From an uncultured Acidobacteriota bacterium (lineage in GTDB: Bacteria; Acidobacteriota; UBA6911): 64,000 nt of DNA. A model generated the notes under the pieces. It worked only from the letters and a program-made list of their open reading frames with translations. It searched no databases and was not told where the DNA came from. Shown piece by piece: positions 44,621 to 54,458 of the stretch. The stretch is taken from assembly GCA_963809485.1 (NCBI GenBank), contig CAWEJX010000012.1:128001-192000 (forward strand), given 5' to 3'. Both the position numbers and the translations under genes were made by a program. The number at the start of each line of letters is the position of its first letter. Within the stretch, counting starts at the first letter, position 1.

Positions 44621-45283
44621 ATGCCGAATGAAGAGAAGAAATCCGCGGAAGAGAGCGAAAAAGACGGATTAGGGTTCATATCCCGGAGAGTGTTCCTGAA
44701 GGATGCCGGGTTCGTGGTTGGTGCTCCCGGTATTGGATCCCTCGCAACGTCCGCGCTGGCCGCAACCCCAGTCGCCGCGGCGGGAGCTGCTGCTACAAGC
44801 CAGCGGGTGGGAGAATCGGACGCAACGGAGGCCATCGAGCTTACGGTAAATGGGGGCAAATACCGGTTCAATGTCGAACCGGACTGTAGTCTCCGCTCAC
44901 TTCTGCGCGATCAGATGGGCCTTACCTCTCCAAAGGACTGGTGCGGCGGGCAAGGCGCCTGTGGTTCGTGCACCGTCATCGTGAACGGGAGGCCTGTCCT
45001 GTCGTGCCTGACGCTGGCCAGCGAGTGCAATGGAGCCAAGATTGAGACCGCAGAAGGCATTGCCAAGGTCAAACACCCGATTGTCCAGGCTTATATAAAC
45101 AACAATGCTTTCCAGTGCGGTTACTGCACGCCGGGTTTTGTATGCACAGCCAAGGCGCTGCTGGATAGGAATGGCAAACCTACCGAAGCTGAGGCAAGAG
45201 ATGCCCTTGGCGGCAATCTTTGCCGTTGCGGCACCTATCAGCGGCATCCTATTGCGGTATTGGAAGCCGCGAAGAACCTCTAA
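44621..45283 (+). CDS. Tat-exported 2x[2Fe-2S] small subunit
   Basis: SRRVFLK; CGGQGACGSC, QCGYC, LCRC. Confidence 0.93.
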   Translation: MPNEEKKSAEESEKDGLGFISRRVFLKDAGFVVGAPGIGSLATSALAATPVAAAGAAATSQRVGESDATEAIELTVNGGKYRFNVEPDCSLRSLLRDQMGLTSPKDWCGGQGACGSCTVIVNGRPVLSCLTLASECNGAKIETAEGIAKVKHPIVQAYINNNAFQCGYCTPGFVCTAKALLDRNGKPTEAEARDALGGNLCRCGTYQRHPIAVLEAAKNL

Positions 45284-45296
45284 AAAAAGGAGGAAT

Positions 45297-47693
45297 ATGG
45301 CAGATAACCAGCCGTGGACTTGGGAGATACCGGAATCGGATGAGAGCATCAAACGCAACATGTTTCCCCGACAGGACGGATATGACAGGGTGAGCGGCAA
45401 GGCCGTGTTCACCAGAGATGTCTACCTTCCGGGAATGGTGTATGCGAAAATTCTCACCTCGCCTTATGCTCATGCAAAAATCGTAAAAATGGATACAAGC
45501 CAGGCAGAGGCGCTCATAGGTGTACGGGATATCGTCAAATATGACGACCCGGACGTTGTGGATGAAAACGATACTCAGGTGCAGCAGTACAATAGTCTCA
45601 CCCTTCCCGGCATCAGCGACTTTTACAATCATCCCATGGGAGTTGTGGTGATTGCCGACAGCGAGGAGATATGCGACCGGGCGCTGCGGCTGATCAAGAT
45701 AGAATGGGAGGAGCGGCCGGTCATCCTGAGTATGGAGGAATCCCTGAAGCCGGATGCTCCAAAGATTTGGACCGAGGCGCTGCGCTTTCAGCCTACGGCC
45801 AAGGAGCCTAACAGGTACATAACGCGTGAGGAGGAAGTTGGTGACGTCCAGAAGGGTTTTGCCGAAGCCGATAAGGTGCTGGAGTACACCATAAAGCGGG
45901 CTCCGAACACAACGGCAGGTGTCGAAGCCATAGTCTGTGTGGCCCATTGGAGGGGAGAGTTTCTTGACATTTGGGTGCACCACCAGGGCATCCTGCAATC
46001 GAATCTCAGTTCTCCCAACAATGCAAGAGGTATCGCCGGCAAGCGAAAAGCAAACCCTCCCTTAACCCATTATTCTAAGATCACGCTTACGATGCCTTAT
46101 CAGGGTTCATGGTTTGGCGGAATAAACCATATCGCTTGTTCCGTTTCGCTTATCCGCCTCGGCGCCATCCTGGCCAGGCGGGTCGGGAAACCATTGAAAC
46201 TGCTGTATGACGAAAGTCAGTTCTATATCAACGGCGAAGAAACCGGCATGTTTAAATGCAAGGTGGGAGCCAAAAAGGATGGCACCATCACCGCCTGTTA
46301 CTGGCACATGATGGGATCGAGGAATCCGGTATTCGAGAGGACGTATGAATGCACCCGTATACCCAATATCCGCGGCACCCAGGAGACGGCATTCACCAAT
46401 ATGGGCCACATCGTTTGTTTCCGGGACGGCACTTCAGGATGCATCCCCCATCAGGTTATGATTGACCGGGTAGCGGCTGAGTTCGGCCTCGATCCGACCG
46501 AAGTGGCACTGAAGAACGATGGCTGTCGCGGACACGACTGGGATTGGGTCACCCAATACCAGAAAGACAATGGTTTCCCCCAAAGGTGGAGCCTCAAAGA
46601 GGTCCTTGAAAAGGGCAAGAAGGCCATTGACTGGGACCGGAAATGGCACGCGCCCGGAACCAAAAGGCTTGCCAATGGGAAGATGCACGGCATGGGATTC
46701 ATGTCCGTTAATCAATGGGCATGCACTTCAAGCGGCAGGCTGGCGGCTTTGATGCTTCGTGACGGCAAAGTCGCTATCGTGGGTTTGCGGTGCGATCCGG
46801 GAGTTGATTCGGTATCCGGTTTCCGCCAGTGCGTGGCCGCCGCAGCGGGACTGAAATACGAAGATACGGTTATACACGAGCATCGATCCGACAACAGCGT
46901 GTTCCGTTTTGCCGTGCCGGGCGGTTCCCTGGGCACCATCACTACCGTTCCTCAATTGGTAATTGCCGCCAAAGAGCTGAAACAGAAGATCCTGCAGGCT
47001 GCCATAACGCCTCGGCCCGGCTTCATGATGCGTCCTGCGCAGCCCGCCATCTTCCCGGGCAAGAAGACCGAGGACCTCGACATCAAAGACAGCATGGTAT
47101 TCGAGAAAGCGAATCCAGCTAATAGGAAGTCGGTGGTCGAGGTGTTGGGCCCTTCGTCCGAAAGCGACAATACGGGCATCGCTCATCCCGTTGCCCCCCC
47201 GGTATCGGGACTGACTGCCAATGGAAAGCCGGATCCGACTTACTACATTATGAGCCGGCAAGCCCACTTCATAGAGGTGGAAGTGGACACCGAAACCGGG
47301 CAGGTTGACATAACCAATACCGTTTGCGTCAACGACGTGGGCCACTGCTTTAATCCTGAAGGCGTCATGGGACAACAGTATGGCGGCGCCGTGATGGCCT
47401 TCGGCCGAAGCGCAACCGAAGAGAAGGTGTTCTGCCCGAATAGCGGAGTGGCGCTCAATTATGATCACATAAACTACCACATTGGAACAATGAATGACTA
47501 TGCACCCGTCCAAAGCATCATTAACGAGAGTCATTTGGGATATTCGGCATATGGCGCTTTAGGCATGGGCGAAAACGTCGGCGCGAGCCTTTCCGGAATC
47601 ACCTCTTCCGCCATATACAACGCAATAGGCAAATGGGTCCTTGACTTTCCCACCACTCCGGACAAAGTCCTCAAAGCTCTGGGAAAGATATAA
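45297..47693 (+). CDS. Xanthine dehydrogenase family large subunit, clade 2
   Basis: AGGAGG RBS before ATG 45297; WFGG, PGGSLG, GMGE. Confidence 0.93.
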   Translation: MADNQPWTWEIPESDESIKRNMFPRQDGYDRVSGKAVFTRDVYLPGMVYAKILTSPYAHAKIVKMDTSQAEALIGVRDIVKYDDPDVVDENDTQVQQYNSLTLPGISDFYNHPMGVVVIADSEEICDRALRLIKIEWEERPVILSMEESLKPDAPKIWTEALRFQPTAKEPNRYITREEEVGDVQKGFAEADKVLEYTIKRAPNTTAGVEAIVCVAHWRGEFLDIWVHHQGILQSNLSSPNNARGIAGKRKANPPLTHYSKITLTMPYQGSWFGGINHIACSVSLIRLGAILARRVGKPLKLLYDESQFYINGEETGMFKCKVGAKKDGTITACYWHMMGSRNPVFERTYECTRIPNIRGTQETAFTNMGHIVCFRDGTSGCIPHQVMIDRVAAEFGLDPTEVALKNDGCRGHDWDWVTQYQKDNGFPQRWSLKEVLEKGKKAIDWDRKWHAPGTKRLANGKMHGMGFMSVNQWACTSSGRLAALMLRDGKVAIVGLRCDPGVDSVSGFRQCVAAAAGLKYEDTVIHEHRSDNSVFRFAVPGGSLGTITTVPQLVIAAKELKQKILQAAITPRPGFMMRPAQPAIFPGKKTEDLDIKDSMVFEKANPANRKSVVEVLGPSSESDNTGIAHPVAPPVSGLTANGKPDPTYYIMSRQAHFIEVEVDTETGQVDITNTVCVNDVGHCFNPEGVMGQQYGGAVMAFGRSATEEKVFCPNSGVALNYDHINYHIGTMNDYAPVQSIINESHLGYSAYGALGMGENVGASLSGITSSAIYNAIGKWVLDFPTTPDKVLKALGKI

Positions 47694-47703
47694 GAGGAGC
47701 ACT

Positions 47704-48666
47704 ATGAAAACATGGAAGAAATTTGCGCATGTAAATGCCAGGACACTCGATGAGGCGGCCGCACTTATGCAGAAAGGAAATGCCGCCATAATTGCAGGCG
47801 GCACCGATCTGCTGGGCACATTAAGGTTTGAGATTCTCCCTGCCCACCCTGAAGTTGTGGTTAACCTCAAAAGCATTCCCGGGCTGGACTACATCAAGGA
47901 AGAAGGAGGTCTGCTGAAAATAGGCGCTCTGACGCGGCTGGAAGATATCGCCAAAAGCCCTGTCATCCGGGCCAAGTACCAGGCGCTGGCAGAGGCGGCT
48001 CACCGGACAGCCTCTCCCCATATCCGGGAAATGGGGACCCTCGGCGGCAATATCTGCCAGCTCAACCGCTGCTGGTACTTCCGCAATCCCGACAATCGCT
48101 TCTACTGCATCCGCAAAGGAGGCAAGACATGCTTTGCCCTGAGTGGCGAGAACCGATACCACTCGATCTTCGGCGCTGTTAAGATGTGTGTAGCGGTAAA
48201 TCCCAGCGACACTGCGCCTGCGCTTGTAGCGCTGAACGCTAAGATAAAGACCAACCGGCGGACTCTCGCTTCCGAACAGTTCTGGGACCTGGCCGTGCCG
48301 GGATCAACCGTCCTGGCAGCCGGTGAGATCGTCACGGAAATTCAGGTGCCCGCGCCGGCCGCAGGGGTCAAGAGCGCCTTTATAAAGTTTGCCATTCGCA
48401 AATCCATAGATTTCCCCGTTGTCAACTGTGCCGCAGCCATAGGTGGAGAAAATGTTCGGGTATGCCTGAACGCCGTTCATAACAAGCCATACCGGGTAAT
48501 AAAAGCCGAGGAAGCCATTAAGGGCAAAAACATCAGTGAGGCAAATGCCGAAGCCGCCGGCGAGGCCGCCCTATCCGGCGCCAAGTCGCTTCCCGGTGAC
48601 AGAAACAAGTGGAAGATTCAGATCGCCAAGGTAATGGTCAAGAGGGCGATCCTGGCGTGCGCGTGA
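47704..48666 (+). CDS. FAD/[4Fe-4S] medium subunit (PaoB-like)
   Basis: AGGTDL; RCWYFR four-Cys insert; GAGGAG RBS. Confidence 0.93.
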   Translation: MKTWKKFAHVNARTLDEAAALMQKGNAAIIAGGTDLLGTLRFEILPAHPEVVVNLKSIPGLDYIKEEGGLLKIGALTRLEDIAKSPVIRAKYQALAEAAHRTASPHIREMGTLGGNICQLNRCWYFRNPDNRFYCIRKGGKTCFALSGENRYHSIFGAVKMCVAVNPSDTAPALVALNAKIKTNRRTLASEQFWDLAVPGSTVLAAGEIVTEIQVPAPAAGVKSAFIKFAIRKSIDFPVVNCAAAIGGENVRVCLNAVHNKPYRVIKAEEAIKGKNISEANAEAAGEAALSGAKSLPGDRNKWKIQIAKVMVKRAILACA

Positions 48667-48690
48667 CCGATCAAAACCGAATTCGTTAAT

Positions 48691-48841
48691 TCTATTGGTA
48701 AACCCACGGCTCTGCCGGGGGACTCATAGAGTTTGACAGCTCCGTATTTTGAAACGCTGAGATACGCTGACAAACGCGCTGACAAACGCCGATTTGTTCG
48801 GCGGGGGTCGGCGAGCAAGACCAGCGTAACTCCTCCAACCG
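48691..48841 (+). mobile_element. Non-autonomous IS200/IS605-like element copy F, right end missing
   Basis: TAAT then TCTATTGGTAAACCCACGGCTCTGCCGGGGGACTC..; breaks off at CCTCCAACCG. Confidence 0.75.
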
Positions 48842-48967
48842 GGTTCTTGCTTAGAAGCTACCTACCTCGCGTCTGCGGAACTCTCAGCTCCTTCAGCCCT
48901 CTTCCCGACATGTTGGGTTTAATGGGACCTGCCAGAGGGATCGTAAAAGCCAGCAGTTATTGCGGTC

Positions 48968-49984
48968 TCAACTCTTACCTGGATCCGATTCTGCGGGTTG
49001 ACAGGGAAAGAAGAGGATCCGGCCGCTGCAACTCTCTTTTCTTACCCTTCGCTGGGCTGCGAGGTGTTGAAGATAGGCAAAAGTGTGTCGCGTGTGGATG
49101 AACCTCCTGATGAGTGGCAACCTGTCGAAGGGATCCCGATCGGGGAGCAGCCCATCCAATGCAAGCGTCACTTCATAAGCGTCTTTCCCTTCTTTCCCCA
49201 GAGCGCCGTAGGCGGCCTCCGACCGCTCCTGATGATGGGCCAGCAGCTGGTCGATCCTTTTCCTGTGATTCTTAAACGGGGAACCATGGCCTGGAAGCGA
49301 GAGCTTCACATCCATCTCCCTGAGTCGGGCAAGGCTCTGCAAATGGTCGGCTAACGGGTTAATCCGGTCCAGTAGAAACTGAATGCCTGCGGTGATCTGG
49401 TCCCCCGAGATCAGAACACTATGCTCCGGTTCATAGAGGCAGCTGTGACCGATAGTGTGGCCTGAGGTTATCAGGCAGGTGAAGCCGTGGCCGCCCCGCA
49501 CAATGACCTCACCATCGACAACGCAGTGAAAGGGCCAGGGGCTTCGTCGCCGGTACTCGTCGCTATAAAACTGGGAAACCACATTCCTCGAATTCTTCTC
49601 GGGAAATCCCAGCATTTCGAGGAAGACTCCCGTCTCCGCTTCCACTTCTCCCGAGGCAACCCGCTCGATGAATACGGCTTCAGGCGTGCTTATATAGATG
49701 CGGGATGTCCGGCTGAGGAATCTGGAAACAGAGCTGAAGTGATCGAGATGGTGATGCGTGATGAAGAAATCGGTACATCCCAGGTCCAGGCCAAGTTCCG
49801 TAATCGCGTTCTCCATTATTTCATAGCAGGCAGGATGGGCCATTCCCGGATCGATTATGAGATTCCGGTCATGGTCGACAATCACATAGGAGTTCATGAA
49901 TCCGACCTCGGGGATTGGTATCTGGACCACAACCCTGAAAATCCCCGGAACGACTTCGCTGATCGTTTGGGCTAAACCTGGCAT
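48968..49984 (-). CDS. MBL-fold metallo-hydrolase
   Basis: THHHLDH, GHT.GH, SGD, PGHG motifs. Confidence 0.88.
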   Translation of the reverse strand: MPGLAQTISEVVPGIFRVVVQIPIPEVGFMNSYVIVDHDRNLIIDPGMAHPACYEIMENAITELGLDLGCTDFFITHHHLDHFSSVSRFLSRTSRIYISTPEAVFIERVASGEVEAETGVFLEMLGFPEKNSRNVVSQFYSDEYRRRSPWPFHCVVDGEVIVRGGHGFTCLITSGHTIGHSCLYEPEHSVLISGDQITAGIQFLLDRINPLADHLQSLARLREMDVKLSLPGHGSPFKNHRKRIDQLLAHHQERSEAAYGALGKEGKDAYEVTLALDGLLPDRDPFDRLPLIRRFIHTRHTFAYLQHLAAQRRVRKESCSGRILFFPCQPAESDPGKS

Positions 49985-50019
49985 GGAATTTCTCGATTTC
50001 CCAAATAGCAGACTGGGGA

Positions 50020-50961
50020 CTATCCCCGGGCTTTGACGAGTCCTTGCGCCAGGCTTGAGGGAACCCGTTGAATCAGTTCATCCACCGTCCAGACGCCCTC
50101 TTTGTAAAGGCCTTTGATCTCAGTTGGATTGGAATAGAGCGCGATCCGACCTCCGGAAGCCCCGAACACATGGCCGTTGATATCGGCTGCGTTTTCCGTA
50201 CAGAGATACAGAATGATGGGCGGGATATGTTCGGGATGGGGCGGGTCGGAGGAGTCCTCGCAAATCTCCCGTGTTATGAGACCCGCCTGGTAGAGCTTCT
50301 GCCAGTATTCGGCCGCCTTAGGTCCGGGATTGATGCGGGTGGCGGCAATCGGCGAGATGGCGTTGCAGGTAATTTTGTGGCCCTCAAAAATCATCTGCTG
50401 CGCCATCCCCAGCGTCAGACTGACGACGCCCCCCTTGCCTGCCGTGTAGCCATCCGGCATCATGCCCAGCCAGGCAGGCGAAGTAAAATTTACAATTCGT
50501 CCCCAGTTTTGTTTCACCATGTAACCCAGGGCATGCCGGCAGGTATTAAAGGTACCCTTCAGGTTAAGGGCTATTGAGCCGTCCCAAGCTTCTTCGGACG
50601 ATTCCCAGAAGGGCACCAGTTTTTCGGGTTTGCCTGTCCCGGCGATCCCCGCCCCCCCGGCGCAATTGACCAGAATATCGATTCTGCCGAAGCTGTGGAC
50701 GCAACTTTCTATGATTCTCCGGGCGGCATTGAAATCCGTGACCGTATCGTAGCTGGCTACAGCGTTTCCTCCCAGTCCTCTAAGCTCCTCAACAACCTGG
50801 TCCGCCGGGCCGTGGTCCAGACTGATTGTATCAGCGCCTCCGCCAATATCGTTCACCACCACCTTGGCCCCCTGGCGGACCATGCCCAGGCAAATTTCCC
50901 GGCCGATTCCGCGTCCGCCACCGGTCACGACGGCGCATCTTCCTTCCAGACATTGGGTCAT
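50020..50961 (-). CDS. Short-chain dehydrogenase/reductase
   Basis: TGGGRGIG, VVVND, LVNCAG, YTAGK. Confidence 0.92.
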   Translation of the reverse strand: MTQCLEGRCAVVTGGGRGIGREICLGMVRQGAKVVVNDIGGGADTISLDHGPADQVVEELRGLGGNAVASYDTVTDFNAARRIIESCVHSFGRIDILVNCAGGAGIAGTGKPEKLVPFWESSEEAWDGSIALNLKGTFNTCRHALGYMVKQNWGRIVNFTSPAWLGMMPDGYTAGKGGVVSLTLGMAQQMIFEGHKITCNAISPIAATRINPGPKAAEYWQKLYQAGLITREICEDSSDPPHPEHIPPIILYLCTENAADINGHVFGASGGRIALYSNPTEIKGLYKEGVWTVDELIQRVPSSLAQGLVKARG

Positions 50962-51008
50962 ATCATTGCTCTCCTCGCCAAGTCAGTTCGCGGAGCGGAT
51001 CCGTTTAT

Positions 51009-52241
51009 CTAGAGGATCGCGGCCATCGCCATATCGGAGATCCGCTGGTATTTGGCTGTATCATTTAAATGCTCGAGCAGCCCTGACCGCAGGAACACGA
51101 AGGTAACGTCTCGCTCCGGATCAACCCAGAAACCCGTCCCACCCAGCCCGAACTTACCGTAAGTGCCGGGCGAGGTGAGATTGCCCATGGAATTGGGACC
51201 GACGCCTACGCCGCGAATTTGAAAATCCAGGCCGATATTGGCCGGCGGCAGTTTTATTCCATGTTCCTCCATTACCGGGGCAAAATACTGGTTAGCCAGG
51301 GTCCCGGTCTGAATCGTGGTGGCTTGCTTTACGGATGCCGGGGATAGAATTCGTGCTCCCTCCAGTTCGCCTCCGCGCCGCAGCATTTCGGCAAAGCGGA
51401 ACAGGTCATAGGCCGTAGAAACGCAGCCCATCCAGGGTATTTCGGCATCCTCGGTAATGAACTGATTATGTTCCTCCACATCTTTCGCCGACATATTGCC
51501 GAAAGACGGATCGTGCGCCACAATCGGGACGATGCGCGCGCTCAGGTCTTTGCGCCTGCCCATGGCCGTGTCTTTCATTTTCAGAGGACCGAACAGCTCA
51601 TCCTGGAAAATTTCGCGCAGGGCTCTCTTTCTGCCGTCAAGCCGGCGGATGAGTTCTCCAAGCAACGCATGGCCCCACAATGGGCTGTAGCATACCGATT
51701 TGCCCGGGATAGCGATCAGTTCAAGCGGGCAAATCGCCTTGATAACCGCATCGAGGCTGCCCATCCGTTCCGCTCTCACCGGGAACAAAATCTGGGGAGA
51801 ACCGGCAGTGTGAGTTAAAAGGTTAAAGACCGTTACTGTCTCCCTGGCGCTCGCATTAAGCTCCGGAATAATCTCGCCAATCCGCGTCGTTAATGCCAAT
51901 TCGCCGCGCTCGACTAAAGACAGAATTATCACGTCGGTGAAAGCCTTGGAAACGGACAGAATATGGAACACGTCGTTGATACGCAGGGGACGGTTGGCGG
52001 CTCGATGGGCAAATCCTGCCGCCTCCTGTAAACCAATGACGCCATGACGCGCCACAATTACCGCCGCGCCATCATATAAATCAGCCTCTACGTCCCGGTG
52101 TATGGTTTCGGAAAGCCGATTCAACTGATCCATGTTGAGCCCGGCTTTTTTGAGACCTTCTCTGGTTCGAGACGCATTTCTCGTACGGCCTCCTAATCGT
52201 TGCGAGTTGCTTTGAGGTTTGGACTTCGGCGTCTTTTTCAC
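51009..52241 (-). CDS. Serine hydrolase, beta-lactamase/esterase family
   Basis: SVSK, LLTHTAG, YS, FWVDPE; start uncertain. Confidence 0.88.
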   Translation of the reverse strand: MKKTPKSKPQSNSQRLGGRTRNASRTREGLKKAGLNMDQLNRLSETIHRDVEADLYDGAAVIVARHGVIGLQEAAGFAHRAANRPLRINDVFHILSVSKAFTDVIILSLVERGELALTTRIGEIIPELNASARETVTVFNLLTHTAGSPQILFPVRAERMGSLDAVIKAICPLELIAIPGKSVCYSPLWGHALLGELIRRLDGRKRALREIFQDELFGPLKMKDTAMGRRKDLSARIVPIVAHDPSFGNMSAKDVEEHNQFITEDAEIPWMGCVSTAYDLFRFAEMLRRGGELEGARILSPASVKQATTIQTGTLANQYFAPVMEEHGIKLPPANIGLDFQIRGVGVGPNSMGNLTSPGTYGKFGLGGTGFWVDPERDVTFVFLRSGLLEHLNDTAKYQRISDMAMAAIL

Positions 52242-52385
52242 GTCAATTCCTCCAATCTCCAGAGCGGATACTCTGCGTTTGTATTATTCGATGTTGCTTC
52301 GCGATGGCAGGGGCAAGTCACCTCGCACGATTATTTCGCGGAATCAACGGCCTCTGTGGAACAGACTTTGTTTTGATCCGGATCT

Positions 52386-53333
52386 TTATACGATCACGCC
52401 CGCGCGAATTCTGGCGATTTCCAGATCCTCCGAATCCAACTCCATCTGCAACAAAAGCATGCGCGGATTGCGATGAAATTTAACGGGCACTTTGCTCCGT
52501 GCGCCCGGCGAAACCAGAATGTGATCATAGCGCGAGTCTTTCAGCAAATGCCCGAAATCTGCCGCTTCATCGACGGACATCCAGGAGACTTTTGCATCTT
52601 TGCATTTCATCCATTTGTGCAACTGCTCCACCATGAAGCGAGCGCTGGATAGGGCATGCTTTGGAAGGAGAACGAGCACAGAAGACGCTCGGATCTTTTC
52701 CAGCGCCTGGATCGTTTGTTCCGTGTAGCATATTTCGATGGGGACAATTTCAATTTTTCTCCCCCGAGGCATGCGTCGAATACTATCGGCAATGAGATGG
52801 TTGACGAGCACCTTTCGGAGCTTGCTGCCGCGATGAAGGGCCAGTTTGAATTCGGCTACCGACAGTCCCGCCACCGATGCGTGCCAGGAGCGGGACACCT
52901 GTTCCGCCCTTCGGATGGCTATTTCTTTATCCGGATCAACATAAGCGATAAACGGATATCGACGCTCGTCTTCCTGTGTAGTCCGGCTGAGATACCTGGA
53001 AAATGCGATTGGGGATACCCCTATTTTCCGGATCCGCTTGATGATGTCCCTGGACAATTCCTGACACTGTTGATTGACAGAGTCCGGCGCCGCAGCGGAT
53101 ACGGCAACTGCGGTTCTCTTGTCAGGAGCTGGAGAAAGCAGGCCGGACTGACGCAACGCCAGGTATGCGCGGTGAATTTGGCCCCGATTGATGCCCGTCT
53201 GCTTTTCCACCTCGCGAATCGGCGGAAGAATATCGCCTCTCTTGAGTACCCCCATTGCAATGGAAAGCTTGATCTGCTCCTGAATCTGTTTGATGGCGGG
53301 GACAGGGCTGTTCTTTTCGATTTGGAATTCCAT
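52386..53333 (-). CDS. GntR-family regulator, more divergent paralog
   Basis: MEFQIEK..GDILPPIREVE..GINR; ends IRAGVIV; start set by paralogs. Confidence 0.9.
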   Translation of the reverse strand: MEFQIEKNSPVPAIKQIQEQIKLSIAMGVLKRGDILPPIREVEKQTGINRGQIHRAYLALRQSGLLSPAPDKRTAVAVSAAAPDSVNQQCQELSRDIIKRIRKIGVSPIAFSRYLSRTTQEDERRYPFIAYVDPDKEIAIRRAEQVSRSWHASVAGLSVAEFKLALHRGSKLRKVLVNHLIADSIRRMPRGRKIEIVPIEICYTEQTIQALEKIRASSVLVLLPKHALSSARFMVEQLHKWMKCKDAKVSWMSVDEAADFGHLLKDSRYDHILVSPGARSKVPVKFHRNPRMLLLQMELDSEDLEIARIRAGVIV

Positions 53334-53585
53334 AATGTTCATCAAAGTACCAAATGTGGGTGGCCTGCACGACACAAGTCTATTTGCACACATACCTCCG
53401 GCCGGCGGGGCATGCGCACCACGGAGGCAATTTCCCGCCGCAACTACCTTCGGGAATAAGCACGGCGCGCATGCTGGCACAGACGCGATTTGGAAGGTCA
53501 ATCTGAGGCATGCGCAAAAGCCTCGAGACTCCCGCCTGCTTCTCTACCGAGATGAAAGCATTGTTGCCAAAAGCATTCTAGCATA

Positions 53586-53603
53586 TGTCATATATTTGTG
53601 ACA
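53586..53603. promoter_or_regulatory. Palindromic operator between divergent gntR and cupin genes
   Basis: TGTCATATATTTGTGACA; no TTGACA at 6 bp. Confidence 0.6.
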
Positions 53604-53789
53604 TATTGTCCCGGGAGTCTGACTAAAGTCTGACAGCCTTTTTTATGCATATGCAGCCCCGCCTATAACAATGGGAATACTCTTTATGGAAGAGACATAA
53701 ACTCTGCATCCGCAACTTTGAGAAAGCAGATGGGAGTGGCACGAATCTCGAACCGGATGCGCACACAAAAGAGATCGAGGAGGGACCCA

Positions 53790-54440
53790 ATGAGTTCCAG
53801 CACAGGCAAAAGGACTCAAACCCGCAGGGCATTTTTTAGCGATGTAACAGCCTCCACCGCGCTGGCCGCAGTGGCAATGGCCCAATTAGGCTCGCAGACG
53901 GCGGCAATGGCGCAAGAGAAAAAGGAGCCCCTGGAGGGTTTGAGGATGCCCAAAAACCTTCCGCCCTGGCCCAAAGGAACTACCGGCAACAGATACGACC
54001 ATCTGTTCTGCACCAGGCTGAAGGAGAAGCCGCTAACGGACACCATACTCTCTCCAACGATCAGTTTCCGCGGCAACAGCGACCTTCCGGGCGCCGGCAT
54101 CAATCTTGGCTTCCGCTATTATGTCAAACCGTTCAAGATGGAGCTGCAATCGCATCACCATGATGTCGACGAATATCTCTTCTTCCTGGGCGCCCAACTG
54201 CCGGATCTGACGGCCAACTTCGATGCGGAAATCGAAATTTTCCTGGGGCCGGAATACGAAAGGCACATTATCACCAAGCCCTGTATCCTCTATATTCCCA
54301 GAGGATTCGAGCACAATCCGATGGACATAAAGAGGGTGGGCAAACCGTTGCTTTTCATGCCGCTGCTTCTGGCGCCCTATTTCAACGGGTACTACCAGAC
54401 GGGCTACATGCAAATGCTTGGGCATGAAAAAATCGATTAG
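53790..54440 (+). CDS. Tat-exported cupin-like hypothetical protein
   Basis: GAGGAGG RBS; TRRAFF; HHHDVDEYLFFLG and YIPRGFEHNP cupin motifs. Confidence 0.8.
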   Translation: MSSSTGKRTQTRRAFFSDVTASTALAAVAMAQLGSQTAAMAQEKKEPLEGLRMPKNLPPWPKGTTGNRYDHLFCTRLKEKPLTDTILSPTISFRGNSDLPGAGINLGFRYYVKPFKMELQSHHHDVDEYLFFLGAQLPDLTANFDAEIEIFLGPEYERHIITKPCILYIPRGFEHNPMDIKRVGKPLLFMPLLLAPYFNGYYQTGYMQMLGHEKID

Positions 54441-54458
54441 AGCTATTTGGAGGCAAAC

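Noticed and set aside
45105-45296. N-terminal extensions in the ORF track (45105, 47641, 23857, 53501, 22168, 40471)
   Set aside because: RBS positions or paralog alignments indicate downstream starts.
14120-47693. Calling the Mo enzymes aerobic CO dehydrogenase, xanthine dehydrogenase or paoABC
   Set aside because: The diagnostic AYRCSFR and AFRGFG motifs are absent; only a family-level call is supportable.
38466-48666. Other TGA stops (GntR 38466 and 44320, medium subunit 48664, and beta-helix genes ending GPRP) as possible Sec codons
   Set aside because: Paralogs end at the same residue with TAA or TAG, and there is no UxxC context.
1617-48841. Repeats as a CRISPR array, or their short ORFs (e.g. 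1650..1940, 26400..26588, 30282..30497) as a peptide family
   Set aside because: The copies are dispersed, not repeat-spacer arrays; no cas genes; internal deletions do not preserve frame.
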